Assembly (NCBI GenBank): GCA_050952625.1
Contig: JBMNLH010000002.1
Span: 64,001-128,000 of the forward strand
Direction: 5' to 3'
From: Bacillota bacterium
GTDB lineage: Bacteria > Bacillota > Ch66 > Ch109
DNA length: 64,000 bases
Under the pieces are notes generated by a model. The model did no database searches. It had not been told where the DNA came from and worked only from the letters and a program-made list of their open reading frames with translations. Shown here piece after piece: positions 29,549-41,910 of this stretch. Within the stretch, counting starts at the first letter, position 1. Every line of letters starts with the position of its first letter. The translations under genes were made by a program, and so were the position numbers.

Positions 29549-29758
29549 CTATATTTTAGTTCAGCAAAGGCGAATAGTTCAACCGGCTTTTCTTCCAACA
29601 GAGCACTCCAACAGAGCACTCCGAGCGTTCTGCATCAAGACATAGCTTGTCCCTAGGATTGAGATTAGAATAACCACTGTCATTATTAAACTCAAACTAT
29701 CCGCAAGGTGAGATTATCTTTAACAAACATAGGCACCTTGCTCCCATCTGGTCAGTCT

Positions 29759-31138
29759 TTAATCTACACCATACGCCTTTAGTTTACGGTGCAGCGTGGT
29801 TAAGCCAATTCCCAGCAGTCGAGCAGTGTGTGATTTATTGCGACCGGTCTGTCGATATACTTGCAGAATATATTCCCGTTCTACTTGAGCCAGGCTTAAA
29901 AATTCTCTTGCCGGCTCGGTCGAATCTTCCTGGCATCGAGGGGGAAGGTGAGCCACTTTAATCTTCCTTACTTCTATTGGCAAATGCCGGATCGATATCA
30001 TCCCGCCCTGAGCCAAATTGCAGGCGGCCTGAATAATTGACCTCAGCTCGCGCACGTTCCCCGGGTAGCGATAAGCCTGTAACAGCTCCAGGGCTTCGTC
30101 CTGAATCCCTGGCTTAACCTCAACCCCAAATTCATGCAAAAAGTGCTCAATTAAAGGCCGGACATCTTCAAGCCGATCCCGAAGGGGAGGTATTTGCAGC
30201 CAAGCTACCTTCAACCGATAGTACAGATCTTTTCTGAACCGGCCTTGGCTGACCATTGCCTCCAGGTCAGCGTTGGTGGCAGCGACAAAGCGCACGTCAA
30301 ACTTGCGTTGCCGGTTGGTACCTAACTTAACGAACTCTTTTTCCTGCAATACTCGCAGCAACTTTCCCTGCAGCTCCGGAGAAAGATCACCAATCTCATC
30401 TAAAAAAAGGGTGCCGCCGGCAGCGATCTCCAGATACCCTTCGCGATCCCGATCTGCTCCAGTAAACGCTCCCCGAGTATGGCCAAAAAACTCTGATTCA
30501 AAAAGAGTCGAAGAAACAGAAGCCATATTGACCGGCACAAAGGGCCGGTCAGCCCTTCGGCTGGCTCGATGAATCGCCTGAGCCAGCAATTCTTTGCCGG
30601 TCCCGCTCTCACCGGTAATTAAAACCGGGATGTCGCTGCTGGCATGAAGTTCGGCTTCCTGCAGTACTTTGAGAAAAGGTTTGGAGACGGAAACTATCCC
30701 TTCAAAAACCTCCGGGCGGCGAAAGCCTTTCCAGCCTTCTCGTTTTTGTATATCCAATAAGTCAAGGAGACGTCGTCGTTCCAGGGCCCGATCTAAAGCA
30801 ATCAGCAATTTGTTGCGGGAAATTGGTTTGACCAAATAGTCATAGGCCCCGAGACGCATCGACCGGACCGCCATCTCGACTTCTTCAACGGCCGTTACCA
30901 TAATACATTCAGTTTCCGGACTATAGGCTTTAATTAATTCCAGGACCTCAAGACCGCTCATCCCCGGCATAGTAAGATCAATCAAGGCTAGATCAACAGC
31001 GCGCTCGGTAATCAATTCAATAATCCGCTCCGGTTTATCTAATAACAAAATATTTTTATAGCCGGCTGTCATTAAGCCGCGCCGAATACTCTCGAGAAAA
31101 TGCGGTTCATCGTCGATTACCAAAATTCGGCTGTCCAT
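29759..31138 (-). CDS. NtrC-family sigma54-dependent response regulator
   Basis: Receiver (IDDE, DLTMPG, KP), [29 protein letters not shown] and a Fis-type HTH. Confidence 0.95.
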   Translation of the reverse strand: MDSRILVIDDEPHFLESIRRGLMTAGYKNILLLDKPERIIELITERAVDLALIDLTMPGMSGLEVLELIKAYSPETECIMVTAVEEVEMAVRSMRLGAYDYLVKPISRNKLLIALDRALERRRLLDLLDIQKREGWKGFRRPEVFEGIVSVSKPFLKVLQEAELHASSDIPVLITGESGTGKELLAQAIHRASRRADRPFVPVNMASVSSTLFESEFFGHTRGAFTGADRDREGYLEIAAGGTLFLDEIGDLSPELQGKLLRVLQEKEFVKLGTNRQRKFDVRFVAATNADLEAMVSQGRFRKDLYYRLKVAWLQIPPLRDRLEDVRPLIEHFLHEFGVEVKPGIQDEALELLQAYRYPGNVRELRSIIQAACNLAQGGMISIRHLPIEVRKIKVAHLPPRCQEDSTEPAREFLSLAQVEREYILQVYRQTGRNKSHTARLLGIGLTTLHRKLKAYGVD

Positions 31139-31255
31139 GGTCGTCACCTCTATTTTTATCTACTGCTCGGAATATACAGGGGGATGGGCTTACTGTCCCA
31201 GGTTTACTGTCCCGGGTTCACTGTCCCGGGTTGTCCGCTGCTGCCAAATACTAAC

Positions 31256-31361
31256 GCTTGTTTTGTTAGCTCAGTCGGCTATCTAAGCTGAGTACGATAA
31301 AGATGAGAACGCTAAAATTGATGCATACGCCAACCGCTGATCTATGTTAGAACATAGCGAT
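31256..31361 (-). repeat. Family A hairpin element, degenerate copy
   Basis: Reverse complement TGTTCTAACATAGATCAGCGGTTGGCG...CTCAGCTTAGATAGCCGACTGAG...AAACAAGC aligns with both arms. Confidence 0.6.
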
Positions 31362-31566
31362 TGATTCATTGATTCATCATGTTCCATGTTCTGATGGTGC
31401 TGTATTGCATCATGCGATTAAGCTTATTATTTTGAATTATACCATAAATGACAGGTGGTGAGGGGCGAGGGGTAAAAACCTTGATATAGGTAAACCACAA
31501 GAGAGACGAAGAACGCAGGATGAAACGTCAGTCATATAGTCATATAGATTGAGGCGTAAGTTTATA

Positions 31567-31603
31567 AACAATACCCCTGATTGAAAACATCAGGGGTATT
31601 GTT
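31567..31603 (-). terminator. groEL terminator
   Basis: AACAATACCCCTGAT...ATCAGGGGTATTGTT perfect inverted repeat. Confidence 0.85.
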
Positions 31604-31669
31604 AGTGTTATTGGTCTATTAATGTACTCTATTATTAGAATTTCTAGTTATCACTTACAATGGGGGCAT

Positions 31670-33313
<1,644 letters not shown>

Positions 33314-33362
33314 TTAATTAAAAGGTTTTAGGGTTTTTCGTTTTAGAAATTTGTCTTTGTGA

Positions 33363-33653
33363 CTAAGCTTCGATGATTGCTAGGATGTCACGTTCACTGA
33401 GGATTAGGTATTCTTCACCCTCATTTTTAAATTCAGAACCGCCATACTTGGAATAAACAACCCGGTCATCCACTTTTACTTCCAGGGGAACCCGAGTGCC
33501 ATTCTCGAGCAATCGACCGGAACCAACGGCGATCACTATGCCCTCCTGAGATTTTTCCTTGGCCGTATCTGGAAGAACGATACCGCTTTTAGTTACCTCT
33601 TCCATCTCTAGAGGTTTAATAACGACTCGGTCACCTAATGGATTTAGCTTCAC
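33363..33653 (-). CDS. groES: Co-chaperonin GroES
   Basis: [32 protein letters not shown]. Confidence 0.98.
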   Translation of the reverse strand: MKLNPLGDRVVIKPLEMEEVTKSGIVLPDTAKEKSQEGIVIAVGSGRLLENGTRVPLEVKVDDRVVYSKYGGSEFKNEGEEYLILSERDILAIIEA

Positions 33654-33707
33654 TCTCCATTACCTCCTTTTAAAGAAAAGCTATTTTGAATAACAGGTTT
33701 ATTATTG

Positions 33708-33734
33708 TTAGCACTCACTTCAATCGAGTGCTAA
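33708..33734. promoter_or_regulatory. CIRCE element (HrcA operator)
   Basis: Perfect TTAGCACTC-N9-GAGTGCTAA upstream of groES. Confidence 0.97.
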
Positions 33735-33746
33735 CATCTGACTATA

Positions 33747-33775
33747 ATATTAGGCAAGAGAGAGAGAATTTGCAA
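33747..33775 (-). promoter_or_regulatory. sigmaA promoter of groESL
   Basis: Minus strand TTGCAA-N17-TAATAT just upstream of CIRCE. Confidence 0.7.
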
Positions 33776-33931
33776 ACCCATCCGATCCTAAATTTCCACG
33801 AAAAACGCTGAATTTGAGACCTTCATCTGAATTTTTTCTTCCTCTCTTCTCCTACCTTAGCCATTCATTTATTTACACGGTCACTCTATGAATATGACCA
33901 TTATTCGTTTATCGTGATACGGTAAGGCATG

Positions 33932-34032
33932 GTCATTCTGAATGAAGTGAAGAATCCTTAAGCTCTTCACTAATAATAGGCAGACAGATATAAGCTAACT
34001 ACGTCAAGATTCTTCGCTCCGCTCAGAATGAC
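33932..34032. repeat. REP-like palindromic element
   Basis: GTCATTCTGAATGAAGTGAAGAATC ... GATTCTTCGCTCCGCTCAGAATGAC: ~25-bp imperfect inverted arms around a ~50-bp spacer. Confidence 0.75.
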
Positions 34033-34107
34033 AGCAGCAGTAGGCCTTAAATGATCCTCTGCCAATGAATATTGCCAATAGCCAGCAATATTATACATTT
34101 ATGTTAC

Positions 34108-35040
34108 TTATTGTTCAAATTCTTCAGCACATTCCTGAGCGTCACCCCGTAATATCTCCAGACCATGAGGCAACGCGGGCATAATGGTTTCAAAACACTC
34201 CCGCGCCGCCTTGGCACTACCGGGCAGATTTATGATCAGACTGCGCCGACGAATCCCAGCCACTCCCCGGGATAACATGGCTCTAGGGGTAATCTTCATG
34301 CTTTCCATCCGCATTGCTTCCGCAATCCCAGGTGCGCGTCGCTGTATGACTGTCATCGTGGCCTCTGGAGTGATATCGCGGGGACTAAAACCGGTCCCAC
34401 CGGTCGTTAAAACTAAATCCATCTTCTGATAATCAACCATATCGATCAGTTTTTCAATTATTAGTTCCTTTTCGTCCGGTACTACAATGTAAGATACAAC
34501 CTCGCCCCCGATCTCTCGCACCAGTTCCTTAAGCAGGGCTCCGCTCTGATCCTCCCGCTCTCCCCTTGACCCTCGGTCACTGCAAGTCAAAAGACCCACT
34601 CGAATGGGGGTGATCACCTCAATAGCATCCCCTACCTTCACTTCGCCTTCCTCCAAGACACGAATAAAAATTCCTTCCCGGGGCATTACACAGTCTCCCG
34701 CCTGGTAGTAAATAGCACACCGCTCGTGACATTCTTTACCAATTTGGGTTACCTCGCCCCGGGCCCGTTCCCCGATGCGCAGCCGAGTTCCAACTGCCAA
34801 AGCTGGCAGATCAATCCCTTCAGTGGTCAGGTTCTCAGCAAAATCCCCGGGGCCAACATCCAGACCTTTGTCCTGCATTTTGCGGATACTCTCCATCGCC
34901 AAGAGACTAACCTGACGGTGCCAGGGACCAGCATGGGCATCTCCTTCCAGGCCATGATCCACCGTCAGACGTCCCTTACCCACATTGGTCTTGCGTTCTC
35001 CCTTGTTGATACTGGTACAAACCGCTACAATGCGTCCCAA
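34108..35040 (-). CDS. MOSC domain--MogA/MoaB molybdopterin adenylyltransferase fusion
   Basis: N-terminal MOSC ([38 protein letters not shown]); C-terminal MogA (SDR, TTGGTGF.PRD.TPEAT, NLPGS). Confidence 0.9.
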   Translation of the reverse strand: MGRIVAVCTSINKGERKTNVGKGRLTVDHGLEGDAHAGPWHRQVSLLAMESIRKMQDKGLDVGPGDFAENLTTEGIDLPALAVGTRLRIGERARGEVTQIGKECHERCAIYYQAGDCVMPREGIFIRVLEEGEVKVGDAIEVITPIRVGLLTCSDRGSRGEREDQSGALLKELVREIGGEVVSYIVVPDEKELIIEKLIDMVDYQKMDLVLTTGGTGFSPRDITPEATMTVIQRRAPGIAEAMRMESMKITPRAMLSRGVAGIRRRSLIINLPGSAKAARECFETIMPALPHGLEILRGDAQECAEEFEQ

Positions 35041-35531
35041 ACTTCTTCCCCCCCTCTTTTATAGTTACCGCTTTTACCGCCGCTTTTCTCTACTAACCGT
35101 AGATTAGTGATGACCATTTCCCGATCAACGGCCTTGCACATATCGTAGATGGTTAAAGCCGACACAGAGGCTGCGGTTAAGGCTTCCATTTCTACGCCGG
35201 TTTTCCCAGTTGTTTTAGCTCGGGCTTCCAAATGGACCGCACTTTCTGCTTCATCAAACCAGTAATTAACCTTAATACTGCTGATAAATAAAGGATGACA
35301 CATGGGGATGAGTTCGCTGGTCCGTTTGGCGGCCATTATCCCGGCCACCTGGGCTACGCCCAAAACATCTCCCTTAGGCAGTCCACCCTCCTGGATCAAG
35401 GCTAGGGTTTGCGGTTGCATTCGCACCTCAATCCGCGCCACTGCCTCCCGAACCGTATCTGCTTTCGCGGTTACGTCGACCATTTGGGCTCTTCCCCGGG
35501 CATCTAAATGAGTCAGCTTTTCCTCAGTCAC
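35025..35531 (-). CDS. moaC: Cyclic pyranopterin monophosphate synthase
   Basis: [46 protein letters not shown]. Start set to GTG 35531. Confidence 0.96.
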   Translation of the reverse strand: MTEEKLTHLDARGRAQMVDVTAKADTVREAVARIEVRMQPQTLALIQEGGLPKGDVLGVAQVAGIMAAKRTSELIPMCHPLFISSIKVNYWFDEAESAVHLEARAKTTGKTGVEMEALTAASVSALTIYDMCKAVDREMVITNLRLVEKSGGKSGNYKRGGEEVWDAL

Positions 35532-35556
35532 ACTTCCCACCACCATCAAACTTATG

Positions 35557-36540
35557 TTAGCCCCCAATCTGGTACATCATGCGCGGCTGATTCCAGTCAG
35601 TCTCATTCATCAAGTGGCCTTGGGGCTTTTTCCTAACCGCCTCCAGGAAAATTTCCCCGAGCTTCTCGTCGTTGGCCCCTTCGCGCAACGGCCCTTTTAG
35701 ATCAATTTCCCGTTGACTATTTAAGCATGGCCGCAGTTTCCCGTCCGCGGTAAGGCGCAACCGATTGCAAGCCGGACAAAAATGAACCGAAAGAGGACTA
35801 ATAAAGCCGATCGAACCCAACGCGCCTGAAAGGTGATAATAACTAGCCGGACCCGAACCAAGTACGCCGGCATCCGCTTCTAGCTCTAGTTTAAAACCCT
35901 CTTCCACTCGCGCCTTTATTTCGGCCTGAGGCACCAAATGCTGCCGAGCCCAGCCATCTGCTTCACCGATTGGCATACACTCAATAAACCTAATGTGCAA
36001 AGGATACAAGTAAGTTAACCGGGCAAAATCAAGGATCTCATCGTCATTGATTCCCCGCATCACTACCGTATTAATTTTAACTGGATAAAAAGACAAATCC
36101 AGGGCTGTTTCAATGCCCTCCCAAACCTGCTTTAAACTGCCTCCCCGGGTAATGGACCGGTATTTTTCCGGTTCCAGAGTATCTAGGCTAATATTAAGCC
36201 GCTTCAGTCCGGCTCGTTTAAGATCAGGTCCCATTTTGGCCAAAAGAATGCCGTTAGTAGTTAGAGATACATCAGTAATCCCCGGTATCCGGGTTAAATC
36301 TCTGATTAGGGATACTACACCCCGGCGGACCAGAGGCTCCCCACCAGTTAAACGGATCTTGGATATCCCGAGACCAGATGCGATTTTTACTAATCTAAGA
36401 ATCTCTTCAAACCGTAGAATCTCCCCATGGGGTTTCAGCGGAATTCCTTCCTCCGGCATACAGTAAACACATCTTAAGTTACACTTATCAGTAATGGAGA
36501 TGCGCAGATAATCTATCTTTCGGCGGAAGGCATCTTTCAT
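35557..36540 (-). CDS. moaA: GTP 3',8-cyclase (radical SAM)
   Basis: [23 protein letters not shown], FCxxCNRLRLT.DG.L.PC, C-terminal IGG. Confidence 0.97.
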   Translation of the reverse strand: MKDAFRRKIDYLRISITDKCNLRCVYCMPEEGIPLKPHGEILRFEEILRLVKIASGLGISKIRLTGGEPLVRRGVVSLIRDLTRIPGITDVSLTTNGILLAKMGPDLKRAGLKRLNISLDTLEPEKYRSITRGGSLKQVWEGIETALDLSFYPVKINTVVMRGINDDEILDFARLTYLYPLHIRFIECMPIGEADGWARQHLVPQAEIKARVEEGFKLELEADAGVLGSGPASYYHLSGALGSIGFISPLSVHFCPACNRLRLTADGKLRPCLNSQREIDLKGPLREGANDEKLGEIFLEAVRKKPQGHLMNETDWNQPRMMYQIGG

Positions 36541-36675
36541 TGGAATCCACACCCCCCTATTTAGATTTTAGACGTTGGACATTGGACGTTAGATGGATAT
36601 TAGACCTTAGACCTAAGGGTTTTGACCTCAGGATGTTTAACCGATATCTTAAATCTAACATCCAATATCCAATGT

Positions 36676-38601
36676 CTAGTTCGACTCCCACATAACCCGA
36701 CCGCAATCTCGCAAATCATACCCACCTAGAGCCTCAACTTCAGCTCGAAAAGCCGCTTCGTTTAAGACGGTTAGAATCCTTTGGATATGCTGATGCTCCC
36801 AAAAACGGATCGGTATACACAAATCATAGCGTTCGACCACTACCGGGACAAAATCCAAACCCAGTGCTCGAGCAGCAGCCAGGATCCCCAGACCAACATC
36901 CGCGGTCCCCGCTTTAATGGCGGCTGCTACTGCCATATGGGTAAATTCTTCCCGTTGATAGCCATTTATGTCATCAGGCGCAAGGCCTCGTTGTTTTAGT
37001 TCATAATCCAGCAAAATTCGCGTGCCGGCCCCCCGCTGTCGATTGACAAACCGCACCGCCGATCGAGTCAAATCTTCAAATCCCGTTACTCCTAACGGGT
37101 TTCCGGGAGCAACCATCAGACCCTGCTGGCGGTAGGTGAGGTTTACCAGCCGAACTTTCTCTTCCGCTAAAAGACGTTGGACGTAACCCACGTTATACTC
37201 ACCGGTGTTTTCATCCAACAAGTGAATCCCGGCGGCGTGAGCCTCGCCTCGTCGCAAAGCCGTCAGTCCGCCCAAACTCCCCACATGGGCAGAGGACAGA
37301 CCGCTGCCCGGCCATAGTTTTTTCAACCAGCTCCCGATCAGGTCTAAAACTACATCATGACTCCCAATAATGACACTGGTATTCTCAATCTCTGCCTGAT
37401 CGCGCAGTAAATCTATTTCTACCATTTCATTAGCCTGAACCCCTTCGGAAAACCTTGGTATCCGAAGTATCCCGTCCGCGCGTACCAGAGAACTAATCAC
37501 GCCGGCCCCTCTGGCCATCGGGGTTATGACTAAACGCTCACCCACCCGACCAGCTTTAACGCGCACGAATTCCTCGACTCCCATCGGTGAAGGTGTTTTA
37601 CGGGTTAGATAAGCTGCGGCTTTGGAAGCCACTGGCTCTGCCTGGCCTAATTTACGGCAGATTATGGGACGAGCCAGTAACTCGAAAGTAAGCGCAGCCG
37701 AAACTGGATATCCGGGAATTCCCAAGACCGGTTTGTCCTGGATAATCCCTAAAATCACCGGTTTGCCGGGTCGAATGGCTACGCCATGGACGATTACCTG
37801 ACCGAGTTCGGCAATCAAATCAGCCGTATAATCTTCCCGGCCGGCCGAAGAACCGGCATTAATAATCAAGAGATCCGCGGTCTCAACTGCTTCCCGGATG
37901 GCCTTTTTCAGAATTTCGTAATCGTCCGGCGTAATTGGCTGACGACTAGCCTGTCCGCCCCATTCTTCAGCCATCCCGCCTAAAACCTGACTATTAAATT
38001 CCGTAATATCCCCCGGTTTTAATACCTGACCGGGTTCCACAATTTCGGTCCCGGTCGGTAAGAAGACCACCCGAGGTCGCGGGTGTACCTTTACCTCCAT
38101 CACGCCCCCGGCCAGCAGTGCTCCAAGATCATAGGGCCTCAGTCGATGATTGGCTGGCAGAATCAACTCACCGGCCACTACATCCTCTCCGACAGTCCGA
38201 ACGTGCTGCCAGGGGATCGCTGTCTGGATAATCTCAAAGGTCTCAGCCTCCAAAAACTGAATATCTTCAATCATAATCACCGCGTCAAATCCCTCGGGTA
38301 AGGGATCACCGGTATCTACCACTACCCCTTGCTCGCCTAATTTGAGTCGGACCGGACTCGTTTCCGAGGCCCCAAAGGTATCCGCCGCTTTCACAGCTAC
38401 CCCATCCATTGCTGAGGCGTTATAATGCGGGACCGATAGCCGGGCGTAAACTGGCTCAGCTGTTACCCGACCCCGACCTTCCATTACCGGCACCAACTCC
38501 GGCTGGCCCGGGTTTAACATGCCTTTTTCCCTCAGACATCTAAGGTAGCGTGCCAGGGCTTCCTCCAACGGCACATTATCAATATAAATCTTTCGGCCCA
38601 A
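36676..38601 (-). CDS. moeA: MoeA fused to a periplasmic-binding-protein-like (PBP) domain
   Basis: SAMDG.AV, PTGTE, GSSAGREDY, IRPGKP, PGYPVSA; C-terminal GSHD..GSLGGL..NRQRGAGTR domain. Confidence 0.92.
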   Translation of the reverse strand: MGRKIYIDNVPLEEALARYLRCLREKGMLNPGQPELVPVMEGRGRVTAEPVYARLSVPHYNASAMDGVAVKAADTFGASETSPVRLKLGEQGVVVDTGDPLPEGFDAVIMIEDIQFLEAETFEIIQTAIPWQHVRTVGEDVVAGELILPANHRLRPYDLGALLAGGVMEVKVHPRPRVVFLPTGTEIVEPGQVLKPGDITEFNSQVLGGMAEEWGGQASRQPITPDDYEILKKAIREAVETADLLIINAGSSAGREDYTADLIAELGQVIVHGVAIRPGKPVILGIIQDKPVLGIPGYPVSAALTFELLARPIICRKLGQAEPVASKAAAYLTRKTPSPMGVEEFVRVKAGRVGERLVITPMARGAGVISSLVRADGILRIPRFSEGVQANEMVEIDLLRDQAEIENTSVIIGSHDVVLDLIGSWLKKLWPGSGLSSAHVGSLGGLTALRRGEAHAAGIHLLDENTGEYNVGYVQRLLAEEKVRLVNLTYRQQGLMVAPGNPLGVTGFEDLTRSAVRFVNRQRGAGTRILLDYELKQRGLAPDDINGYQREEFTHMAVAAAIKAGTADVGLGILAAARALGLDFVPVVVERYDLCIPIRFWEHQHIQRILTVLNEAAFRAEVEALGGYDLRDCGRVMWESN

Positions 38602-38643
38602 CCGGTTTCCCCCTTCCTCAAGTCATCGGGATTCTGGTTTTAA

Positions 38644-38738
38644 CGCGCCGTGTTTAAACGAAGGTCAGCGATTGGCGATTTACATCGGTTATTTATCGCT
38701 GCCTGTCTAGCCTGCTGACCGAGTTATAATACACAAGC
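38644..38738 (+). repeat. Family A hairpin element, short copy
   Basis: CGCGCCGTGTTTAAACGAAGGTCAGCGATTGGCGATTTACATC...CTAGCCTGCTGACCGAG...ACACAAGC. Confidence 0.85.
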
Positions 38739-38795
38739 GAATACAGCAATCAAGACCGGGACAGTTAATCTGTCCCCCGGTCCCACTCATGTAGC

Positions 38796-40079
38796 TCAAC
38801 TAAACAGGTGAACTTCGACCGTTTCTCCAGCTAGCAAGCCCTGTTTTTCTAAGGGTATTTTAACCAAGCCATGGGCTTTGACCATCGTCATCAATAAACC
38901 AGATTTACCAAGTAAAGGCTCGGCTAGCCATTGATCGCCGTCCCGGAATAAACGAACCCGAACATAATCCTCTCGCCCAGCAGCCGAGGCCAAATTCCGG
39001 GTCAAACGAGCCAAAATAAAGGGACGACACTGCGATTGATAAAATAACCCATTGGAGGATTCTTCTGCTAACTCATCAACTTTATCATGAACTCGGGAGC
39101 CAGTTAACCAGGGTTCAACTAAAATCTGGAAGACCAGCATGGCTGAGGCCGGATGCCCGGGCAACCCAATTACCGGTTTGTTCTGGACTACTGCTCCAAT
39201 TGCCGGTTTACCGGGGCGCAAGGCTAATCCATGAAATAAAATCCCCGGACTACCCAAAGAATTAATAACCTCAGCCGTTACATCCCGCGACCCGACCGAA
39301 CTGCCACCGGACAGAATAACCAAATCTTGTTCCTGCAAAGCCTTTTCCACGGTAGCCCGCAGGGAAGAAAAATCATCAGGGACAATGCCATATAGTTGGG
39401 GAAGGCCGCCAGCTTGATAAACTAAACCCAGCAAGGTGTAAGAATTAACATCACGAACTTGACCAGGACCAGGCTGACTCGTTATTTCGACCACTTCATC
39501 CCCGGTAGAAATAATCCCTACTCGCCAGGGACATAACACCTCCACTTCAGCGATACCAAGGGAGGCTAAAAAACCGAGATCCTGCGGTCGGAGACGATAG
39601 CCCCGGGGAAAGATCAGCTCTCCCCGGGCCACATCTTCCCCAGCCCGAATTATATTTTCCCCCGGCCCCACTGGCCGAGTAATCCCCATCGTTTGGCCAG
39701 CCAGCGGTTCAGTATACTCAATCATTACTACCGCATCCGCTCCCGGCGGGAGCATACCCCCGGTAGCGATCCGAATTGCCTGGCCGGATTTTAATTCCTG
39801 GGTGGCCGGTTGACCCATCAAAATCTCGCCAACCACCTCCAGGTAAGCCGGCAGACCTTCCGATGCCCCAAAGGTATCACTGGCTTTAACTGCTAAGCCA
39901 TCCACGGTTGATCGATCAAAGCTGGGAACATCTTCTTCGGCCCGGATCACTTTACTCACCCGGCGTCCCAGGGTTTGCGCCAGAGGCAATCTTTCCGTTT
40001 TCCAGGCATCAACTGCTCCGGCTAGTTCAATCCGGAGGCGGGCCTCTTCAACCGACACGACCTGAAACAACTCTGTCAT
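38796..40079 (-). CDS. moeA: Molybdopterin molybdotransferase
   Basis: FDRSTVDG.AV, IATGGMLP.GADAVVM.E, STGDE, SGGSSVG.RD, RPGKP, LPGHP. Confidence 0.94.
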   Translation of the reverse strand: MTELFQVVSVEEARLRIELAGAVDAWKTERLPLAQTLGRRVSKVIRAEEDVPSFDRSTVDGLAVKASDTFGASEGLPAYLEVVGEILMGQPATQELKSGQAIRIATGGMLPPGADAVVMIEYTEPLAGQTMGITRPVGPGENIIRAGEDVARGELIFPRGYRLRPQDLGFLASLGIAEVEVLCPWRVGIISTGDEVVEITSQPGPGQVRDVNSYTLLGLVYQAGGLPQLYGIVPDDFSSLRATVEKALQEQDLVILSGGSSVGSRDVTAEVINSLGSPGILFHGLALRPGKPAIGAVVQNKPVIGLPGHPASAMLVFQILVEPWLTGSRVHDKVDELAEESSNGLFYQSQCRPFILARLTRNLASAAGREDYVRVRLFRDGDQWLAEPLLGKSGLLMTMVKAHGLVKIPLEKQGLLAGETVEVHLFS

Positions 40080-40092
40080 AACGACCTCACTA

Positions 40093-40272
40093 TTACTTAA
40101 AACAGCCTAATTCACAGCCTTTAATCTTTATCTTAAGTTGATCGCAGGCGATTCCGACTATCCGTGGTGACACACCTTGCTCCTCAGCAATCTTTCGGGC
40201 AACCGGACAAGATATCCGTCCCTCCGGAGCTGCTTTTTTAACCGCTTCGAGCACTTCTGGCTTCACTTCCAT
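40093..40272 (-). CDS. Small Cys-containing protein (59 aa) heading the Mo/W cofactor cluster
   Basis: Manual translation MEVKPEVLEAVKKAAPEGRISCPVARKIAEEQGVSPRIVGIACDQLKIKIKGCELGCFK; below the ORF-track cutoff; ends 13 nt before moeA. Confidence 0.8.
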   Translation of the reverse strand: MEVKPEVLEAVKKAAPEGRISCPVARKIAEEQGVSPRIVGIACDQLKIKIKGCELGCFK

Positions 40273-40400
40273 AACTAACCTGGTTGCTAATGCCCTATTG
40301 GGCTGACCAGGTTGGCACCACCTTTCTTTTTTCTGGCACTGGCATGAACCAGATCGGTTAATCTAAATATGACAATCATCTACATTATTCGATATTAACC

Positions 40401-41009
40401 TTAGATTCTCCTGCTACCAGGGGAGTTAATCACTCCTTTTTCCGTGACAATCACCGGCACAGTCACATCATGCTTTTCCGGGTAAACAGTCTTAACCACT
40501 TGAAAGTCATAGGCTAGGCCGACTACTTCAGTCCGAGGCGGCAATCGCCCTAAAAACCGATCATAAAACCCTTGCCCATAACCCAATCGATATCCCTGAA
40601 TATCAAAAGCCACGCCCGGCACAATAACCAAATCAATCTGTTCCACTGGCCAAGGGGATTGCCTGCCTCCGGCTGGCTCGAGAATACCATACCGACCGGG
40701 AACCAGACTATCCGGATAACTATCGACCGAAACTGGTCGCAGTTGCCGATTTTCCCATTCAGCAACCGGCAAAAGGACCTGTTTTTGCTGACCGAAAGCG
40801 GCTTGTAGCAACAATTCGGTATCAACTTCATTATGCAGTGGCGCATAAGCCATAATCGCTTTAGCCTTACGAAAGTTTGGACTGGCAACCAGAAATTCGG
40901 TTATCTGCTTACTCCACCGGGTTACTTCCCCGGCTCCCAGTGCTCGGCGCTTGGTTAACATGGTTTGCCGGAGGGTATGTTTAAGATCCTTAATCCCAAA
41001 TCTATCCAC
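40401..41009 (-). CDS. 5-formyltetrahydrofolate cyclo-ligase
   Basis: NEVDT, YGILEP, IDLVIVPGVAFD..GYRLGYG.GFYDRFL, HD. Confidence 0.93.
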   Translation of the reverse strand: MDRFGIKDLKHTLRQTMLTKRRALGAGEVTRWSKQITEFLVASPNFRKAKAIMAYAPLHNEVDTELLLQAAFGQQKQVLLPVAEWENRQLRPVSVDSYPDSLVPGRYGILEPAGGRQSPWPVEQIDLVIVPGVAFDIQGYRLGYGQGFYDRFLGRLPPRTEVVGLAYDFQVVKTVYPEKHDVTVPVIVTEKGVINSPGSRRI

Positions 41010-41067
41010 AGGTTATCCATTCCCTTTCTAAAGCAAACGCTCATATTTTAACGAAGAACGAGACAAA

Positions 41068-41128
41068 CCGTCAATCGCTGACCTCCGTTAAAACGCGGCA
41101 CGATCAATTTTTCATAGATGGTACTGCT
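41068..41128 (-). repeat. Family A element, single arm
   Basis: Reverse complement contains GATCGTGCCGCGTTTTAACGGAGGTCAGCGATTG. Confidence 0.75.
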
Positions 41129-41889
41129 TAGCGGGACAGTAAACCGGTCCTTCTAGCCCGGTTGCGCTGATAAACATAGGTCACGGCCGCAATCGTAAAC
41201 AATCCCAAACTAACCAACTGGGCGATAGTAATCGGTCCCAGGATCAATAGATTCTCCCGAAAAACCTCTACCACGGCTCGCATTACCGCATAAATCATTA
41301 AATATACCAGAAAGACCTGACCAGGAAACTTCCGACGGTAAAACAGCCAGATTAACATCCCAAACAAGAGCAGCGCCAAACCAGTTGAATATAGTTGAGT
41401 AGGATGGCGAGAGATTTCCAGCAGTCCTGGAAAGACCACTCCCCAAGGTAAATCAGTCGGCTTTCCGAAACAACAGCCATTAAGAAAACACCCGATCCGA
41501 ACAATTCCATAACCCAAAGCCAGAAATGGGGCAACAACATCGGCTAGGTCCCAAAATGGCAGGTGGTAACGATAGACATACCCTCCACCGGCTGCAATCC
41601 CACCTAGTAATCCACCATAAAAAACTAAACCGGGCTGGTTTAACTTAATAATCTCTAATGGATAGGCGGAAAAAAATTGCCAATCATAAAAGAAGACGTA
41701 GAACAACCTTCCCCCAATTAAGCCGGCTAAGATCAGCCAAATCGCCAAATCCAGAATCCGATCCGGATCTATGCCGGCTCGGATTGCCAACCGGCGCGCC
41801 CCGACTACCCCGACGATTACAGCCAGACTCAGCATCGTTCCCCAAGCATAAACCGGGACCGATCCGATACTAAATAAAACGGGCTGCAC
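41128..41889 (-). CDS. lgt: Prolipoprotein diacylglyceryl transferase
   Basis: GGRLFYV, GLVFYGG, RIGCFLNGCCFG, RHPTQLY, Y...R..VE.FR. Confidence 0.94.
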   Translation of the reverse strand: MQPVLFSIGSVPVYAWGTMLSLAVIVGVVGARRLAIRAGIDPDRILDLAIWLILAGLIGGRLFYVFFYDWQFFSAYPLEIIKLNQPGLVFYGGLLGGIAAGGGYVYRYHLPFWDLADVVAPFLALGYGIVRIGCFLNGCCFGKPTDLPWGVVFPGLLEISRHPTQLYSTGLALLLFGMLIWLFYRRKFPGQVFLVYLMIYAVMRAVVEVFRENLLILGPITIAQLVSLGLFTIAAVTYVYQRNRARRTGLLSR

Positions 41890-41910
41890 TTATTAACCCC
41901 CTTCATCCGA

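Noticed and set aside
29594-29622. 13-bp direct tandem duplication (TCCAACAGAGCAC x2)
   Set aside because: Isolated slippage-type duplication with no further structure.
40273-40400. Moco/Wco riboswitch ahead of the cofactor cluster
   Set aside because: Could not identify the conserved multi-stem consensus by eye.
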